This document shows positions 60,475-64,000 of a stretch of DNA of 64,000 bases, piece by piece. Origin of the DNA: Verrucomicrobiota bacterium (GTDB taxonomy: Bacteria > Verrucomicrobiota > Verrucomicrobiia > Opitutales > Seribacteraceae); NCBI GenBank assembly GCA_027622665.1, contig JAQBYT010000002.1, positions 224,001-288,000 on the forward strand, read 5' to 3'. A program made the translations under genes and the position numbers. The first letter of the stretch is position 1, and each line of letters opens with the position of its first letter. Under the pieces are notes generated by a model. The model did no database searches. It had not been told where the DNA came from and was given only the letters and a program-made list of their open reading frames with translations.

Positions 60475-61167
60475 ATGAAAAAATCACTCCTTCTTTCGCT
60501 CACCCTTTTTGTTCTTTTTCTTGCCCAAAGCATGGCCAAAGAGGGCGTGCAGGGGAAGGAGTTGCCCAAGGTTCTGATCATCGGGGACTCGATCTCAATC
60601 GGGTATACTCCACACGTCATCGATAACCTCAAGGGCGTGGCAGAAGTCAAGCGTCACAAGGGAAACGCCGGTCCAACCATCCGTGGGGTTGCCAGAATCG
60701 AGGAGTGGCTAGGGAAGGAAGAATGGGATTTGATTCATTTCAACTGGGGGTTGTGGGACATGTACGGCTGGGAATATCACAAGGAGGATCGTTCCCCGGA
60801 AGCCTACGGGAAGAGACTCGAGTCTCTGGTCGGTCGCTTGAAAAAGACGGAAGCAAAACTCATTTGGGCGACCACCACGCCTGCCTGCCCGGCCAAAGAG
60901 AAAACGATGGAACGAAGGTTTAATCAAAACATCCGGATATCTCCCGAACTCGAGCGCAAGTATCTCGATGTCGCCCGTGGTGTGATGACAAAAAACGGCG
61001 TGGAGGTAAACGACCTGCATGCTTTCATGAAACCGCAGTTGACCAAGTACGCGATTGCCGCCAACGACGTCCACTTCATCCAGCTGGGTAACCGGAAACT
61101 GGGTGAGCAAGTCGCCAAGGCAATCGAGTCCTTCCTGCCGGAGACGACGGCGGATCCTAAAAAATAA
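60475..61167 (+). CDS. SGNH/GDSL hydrolase family protein
   Basis: IIGDSISIGY (block I), HFNWGLWD, WATTTP, NDVHF (block V). Confidence 0.9.
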   Translation: MKKSLLLSLTLFVLFLAQSMAKEGVQGKELPKVLIIGDSISIGYTPHVIDNLKGVAEVKRHKGNAGPTIRGVARIEEWLGKEEWDLIHFNWGLWDMYGWEYHKEDRSPEAYGKRLESLVGRLKKTEAKLIWATTTPACPAKEKTMERRFNQNIRISPELERKYLDVARGVMTKNGVEVNDLHAFMKPQLTKYAIAANDVHFIQLGNRKLGEQVAKAIESFLPETTADPKK

Positions 61168-61211
61168 TCTTCTCGCTCCGCTTTTTCTTCAACGTCTCTA
61201 GAAATTCTCTT

Positions 61212-62132
61212 TTGTCCGCCATGTTGCTGAGAGCGAATGTAATGCTTTTGCTGACCGCCGTGATCTGGGGGTTCGGCTTCATTGCGCAGCATATGGCGAT
61301 GGATCACATGGGGCCTTATTTCTTCAATGCCCTGCGCTTTCTCCTTGGGACTGTCTCGCTTCTTCCCGTTTGTTGGTTTCTGCGCAAGAAAAGTACCCAT
61401 CCGGTAGCCACCGGAAAACAGTTTTGGATTCTTGGAGGGGTTGCCGGGTTCGCCTTGTTCTGCGGGGCCGCCCTCCAGCAGGTCGGGCTCCAGTATACCA
61501 CGGCGGGCAAAGCCGGGTTCATCACCGGGCTATATCTCGTCATCGTGCCGATCATCGGGTTTTACCTTAGGCAACGCATCGGATGGTTTACGGTGCTGGG
61601 TGCAATCCTGGCCACGGTAGGCCTGTACTTCCTCAGCGTGACGGAAGGGTTAGTCCTCGGTGAGGGCGACTCCTTAGTGCTCGTCGGGGCATTGTTTTGG
61701 GCGATTCACGTCCAGATCGTCGGGTATGCCTCCAAGAGGTTGGACCCCCTGAAGCTGGCCGTGGCTCAATACGCCATTTGCGCCGGGTTGAACTTTATTC
61801 TGGCCCTGTTTCTCGAGGACGTCTCCATGGCCCCGATGGTGGATGCCGTTGGCCCCATCCTTTATGCCGGACTGGTCTCAGTCGGAATAGCCTATACCTT
61901 GCAGATCGTGGCTCAACGTCACGTCGAACCCAGTCGGGCGGCGATTCTGTTGAGCTTGGAAGCGGTCTTTGCGGTGATGGCTGGCTGGTTGATGCTGAAC
62001 GAGATCTTGAGCAACCGCGAACTGTCCGGTTGCATTCTCATGTTTGTAGGGATGATGCTGTCTCAATTCTCTGGTCGGAAGAAGAGAAAAGAGGATTCTT
62101 CGAAATCCGTGGGTGATGGACCGACAGGTTAA
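61212..62132 (+). CDS. DMT/EamA family transporter
   Basis: IWGFGF, RFLLG, QQVGLQYTTAGKAGFITGLY, AYTLQ..AQ, SLEAVFA; ten hydrophobic segments; alternative ATG at 61221. Confidence 0.92.
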   Translation: MSAMLLRANVMLLLTAVIWGFGFIAQHMAMDHMGPYFFNALRFLLGTVSLLPVCWFLRKKSTHPVATGKQFWILGGVAGFALFCGAALQQVGLQYTTAGKAGFITGLYLVIVPIIGFYLRQRIGWFTVLGAILATVGLYFLSVTEGLVLGEGDSLVLVGALFWAIHVQIVGYASKRLDPLKLAVAQYAICAGLNFILALFLEDVSMAPMVDAVGPILYAGLVSVGIAYTLQIVAQRHVEPSRAAILLSLEAVFAVMAGWLMLNEILSNRELSGCILMFVGMMLSQFSGRKKRKEDSSKSVGDGPTG

Positions 62133-62145
62133 ATGTCTTTGCCGT

Positions 62146-63021
62146 TTACTCGCCGAGTTCGGTTTGGAGTTTTTCACGGACAGTCGCCATTTTGTCGCGC
62201 TCGTTCTGGGGGAGTTCGGGATACTTGAGGTTCATTGCCTTTAACTGGCGGATTATAATGTCGGCTACAGTCATGCGCATGAACGGCTTGTCGTCGGCGG
62301 GAATGGCGTACCACGGAGCGTGTTCCCTCGAGGTGGCGTTCAAGGTTTCCTGGTACGCATTCATATAGCTCTCCCAATGATCGCGTTGAGCAACGTCATT
62401 GGCGGAGAACTTATAGTTCTTTGCAGGGGTGTCGAGTCGCCTCAGGAATCGACGAGCCTGTTCGTCAGGACTTACGTGAAGGAAGAATTTCACGATGTCG
62501 GTACCGTTGTGGGCAAGGTGTTTTTCCCAGTCGCAAATGGACGCAAAACGCTCGGTCCAGAGATCGCCCAGATCGTTGGGTACGTCTATGCGTTGGCTTC
62601 CGAGGTACTCGGGGTGTACTCGCAATACGAGCACTTCTTCATAATGGCTGCGGTTGAATATTCCGATACGTCCACGCTCAGGCAGGGCACGGTTCAGTCG
62701 CCACAGGAAGTCGTGATCAAGTTCTTCCTTGCTTGGCGCCTTGAAGGAAAACACTTGGAAACCAGCAGGGTTTACACCGGAAGTGGTGGCCCGAATTGTT
62801 CCATCCTTGCCCGCTGCGTCCATCGCTTGAAATACCAGCAGCAGTGATCGTCGGTCTTCCGCATAGAGAGCTTCCTGAAGTTCTCGCAAATCGCCGATCG
62901 ATTTTTTGAGGGCTTTTCTGCAGGACTTTCGATCAGGTGCACCCTCAGGGGGATTCATGGAAGCATCAGCGATGTCAAAGCTACCGTCGAACGGCACTAG
63001 GTAAGGGCTGTCAATTTTCAT
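62146..63021 (-). CDS. ppk2: Polyphosphate kinase 2 family protein (class III-like)
   Basis: FQAMDAAGKDG Walker A, FKAPSKEELDHDFLWR, FNRSHYEEVL, KFFLHVS, APWYAIPADDK. Confidence 0.93.
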   Translation of the reverse strand: MKIDSPYLVPFDGSFDIADASMNPPEGAPDRKSCRKALKKSIGDLRELQEALYAEDRRSLLLVFQAMDAAGKDGTIRATTSGVNPAGFQVFSFKAPSKEELDHDFLWRLNRALPERGRIGIFNRSHYEEVLVLRVHPEYLGSQRIDVPNDLGDLWTERFASICDWEKHLAHNGTDIVKFFLHVSPDEQARRFLRRLDTPAKNYKFSANDVAQRDHWESYMNAYQETLNATSREHAPWYAIPADDKPFMRMTVADIIIRQLKAMNLKYPELPQNERDKMATVREKLQTELGE

Positions 63022-63075
63022 CGTTTGGATGAGTAGGGCGATCCCTTAGGGAAACGCTCAATCATTATGGATTAT

Positions 63076-63975
63076 TTATGATCTGGCAGCCTCAAGTGCC
63101 TTGAGGATTAGCTTCTTCGTCATCAGGGAGCCTTCAATCGGGTCGATTCCGCCCCCTTCGAATTCGATTGATATGACGCCTGAGAAATCGGAGTCATAGA
63201 CAATTTTGAGCATCTTAAAGTAGTCGGTGTGGGTCTCGTTTCCCTTTTCATCGAACTTGATGGCCTTGGCGCAGACCGCAGGGGCGAAGGGCAAGCTCTT
63301 GGACACCCCGTCGTAGCGGTCGTAGCGACCAAAGTTATTGAAGTCGGGAAGGATGCCGGCGTTGGAGCGGTCCAGAGCATCCATCGCCTTGAGGAGCCAG
63401 TCGGGGTTCTGGGAATGACCACCGTGCGGCTCGATCACCACCTTTACCTTGGTGCCTTTGGCGTAGTCGCAGAGTCGACCTACGCCGTCGGTCGCGTTTT
63501 TCAGGTTGGCCTCGGGGTTTCCGCCCGAGCGGCAATTTACGCGGATTGCATCGCAACTGAGTTGGGCGGCGCAATCGATCCAGCCTTTGTGTTCGTCGAC
63601 CGCCTTGTCACGTTGGTCCTTGTTGGTCGCGTCGAGCTGGTTCTTGGCATCGACTAGGATGAGGACGTTCTTCATGCCCTCGCCAGTGGTACGCTTAACC
63701 AATTCCCCGACGTATTTCTTGTCTGTGTGTTTGCCGCCGAAGGGTCGGTTCCAGTACTCGATGTGCGTGATGCCGAGTTTCTCTTTGCAGAGGGCCGGGT
63801 AGTCGAGGTGGTCTAGCTTGCGACCGATCCAGCGGTGGAAGGTGTACTCCTGAATCCCGATCTGGAATCGATTGGGGTCGTCCTTTGCGATGGCGAAGAG
63901 CGAGGGCGTTAAGGTTACCGCGGCGCCACCGAACGCGGCGTTGCGGAGGAAGGAGCGTCTGTGAATGTTTTGCAT
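63076..63975 (-). CDS. Xylose-isomerase-like TIM-barrel (sugar phosphate isomerase/epimerase family) protein with Tat signal
   Basis: HRRSFLR, IEPHGG, LPDFNNF, CAK, ISIEFEG. Confidence 0.9.
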   Translation of the reverse strand: MQNIHRRSFLRNAAFGGAAVTLTPSLFAIAKDDPNRFQIGIQEYTFHRWIGRKLDHLDYPALCKEKLGITHIEYWNRPFGGKHTDKKYVGELVKRTTGEGMKNVLILVDAKNQLDATNKDQRDKAVDEHKGWIDCAAQLSCDAIRVNCRSGGNPEANLKNATDGVGRLCDYAKGTKVKVVIEPHGGHSQNPDWLLKAMDALDRSNAGILPDFNNFGRYDRYDGVSKSLPFAPAVCAKAIKFDEKGNETHTDYFKMLKIVYDSDFSGVISIEFEGGGIDPIEGSLMTKKLILKALEAARS

Positions 63976-64000
63976 GATAGGCAGTGTTGCCTCCCATCAC

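Noticed and set aside
463..64000. Many long alternative-frame and antisense ORFs (e.g. 543-1589, 16643-17914, 35939-37051, 41267-42424, 59321-60355, 63695-64000)
   Set aside because: They overlap well-supported genes, have no recognisable motifs, and are expected shadows of GC-rich codon usage
1..64000. CRISPR array, integron attC array, prophage, IS or defence system
   Set aside because: No regularly spaced repeats and no cas, integrase, transposase, phage structural cluster or nuclease motifs recognised by eye

Overview
Gene-dense accessory region typical of a PVC-superphylum bacterium (Verrucomicrobia/Planctomycetes; inferred from the gene families, not proven). It contains five intact two-gene cassettes, each a secreted di-haem (2x CxxCH) DUF1592/DUF1588-type protein coupled to a twin-arginine DUF1552 (HXXSHH) protein. 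Also present: a DUF1549/1553-DUF1501-PPC-cytochrome/WD40 operon, two PVC-type haem-c dehydrogenase-like proteins, three full-length sulfatases (one fused to DUF1080), three DUF1080 domains in total, ThuA-like and xylose-isomerase-like TIM-barrel proteins, several esterases, a class II aldolase, AmpG/RhtX-like MFS and EamA transporters, and PPK2. Between intact genes lie many scars: truncated or chimeric sulfatase, DUF1592, DUF1552 and PQQ-propeller genes, plus a DUF1501 gene broken by two in-frame TAG codons at Leu-like positions. I recognised no rRNA, tRNA, CRISPR array, transposase or integrase. The main hypotheses are a diversifying family of periplasmic haem/His-metal cassettes tied to removal of glycan decorations, and a cytochrome-linked 3-keto-glycoside pathway for sulfated glycans. 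Domain names come from motifs recognised by eye; no searches were run.
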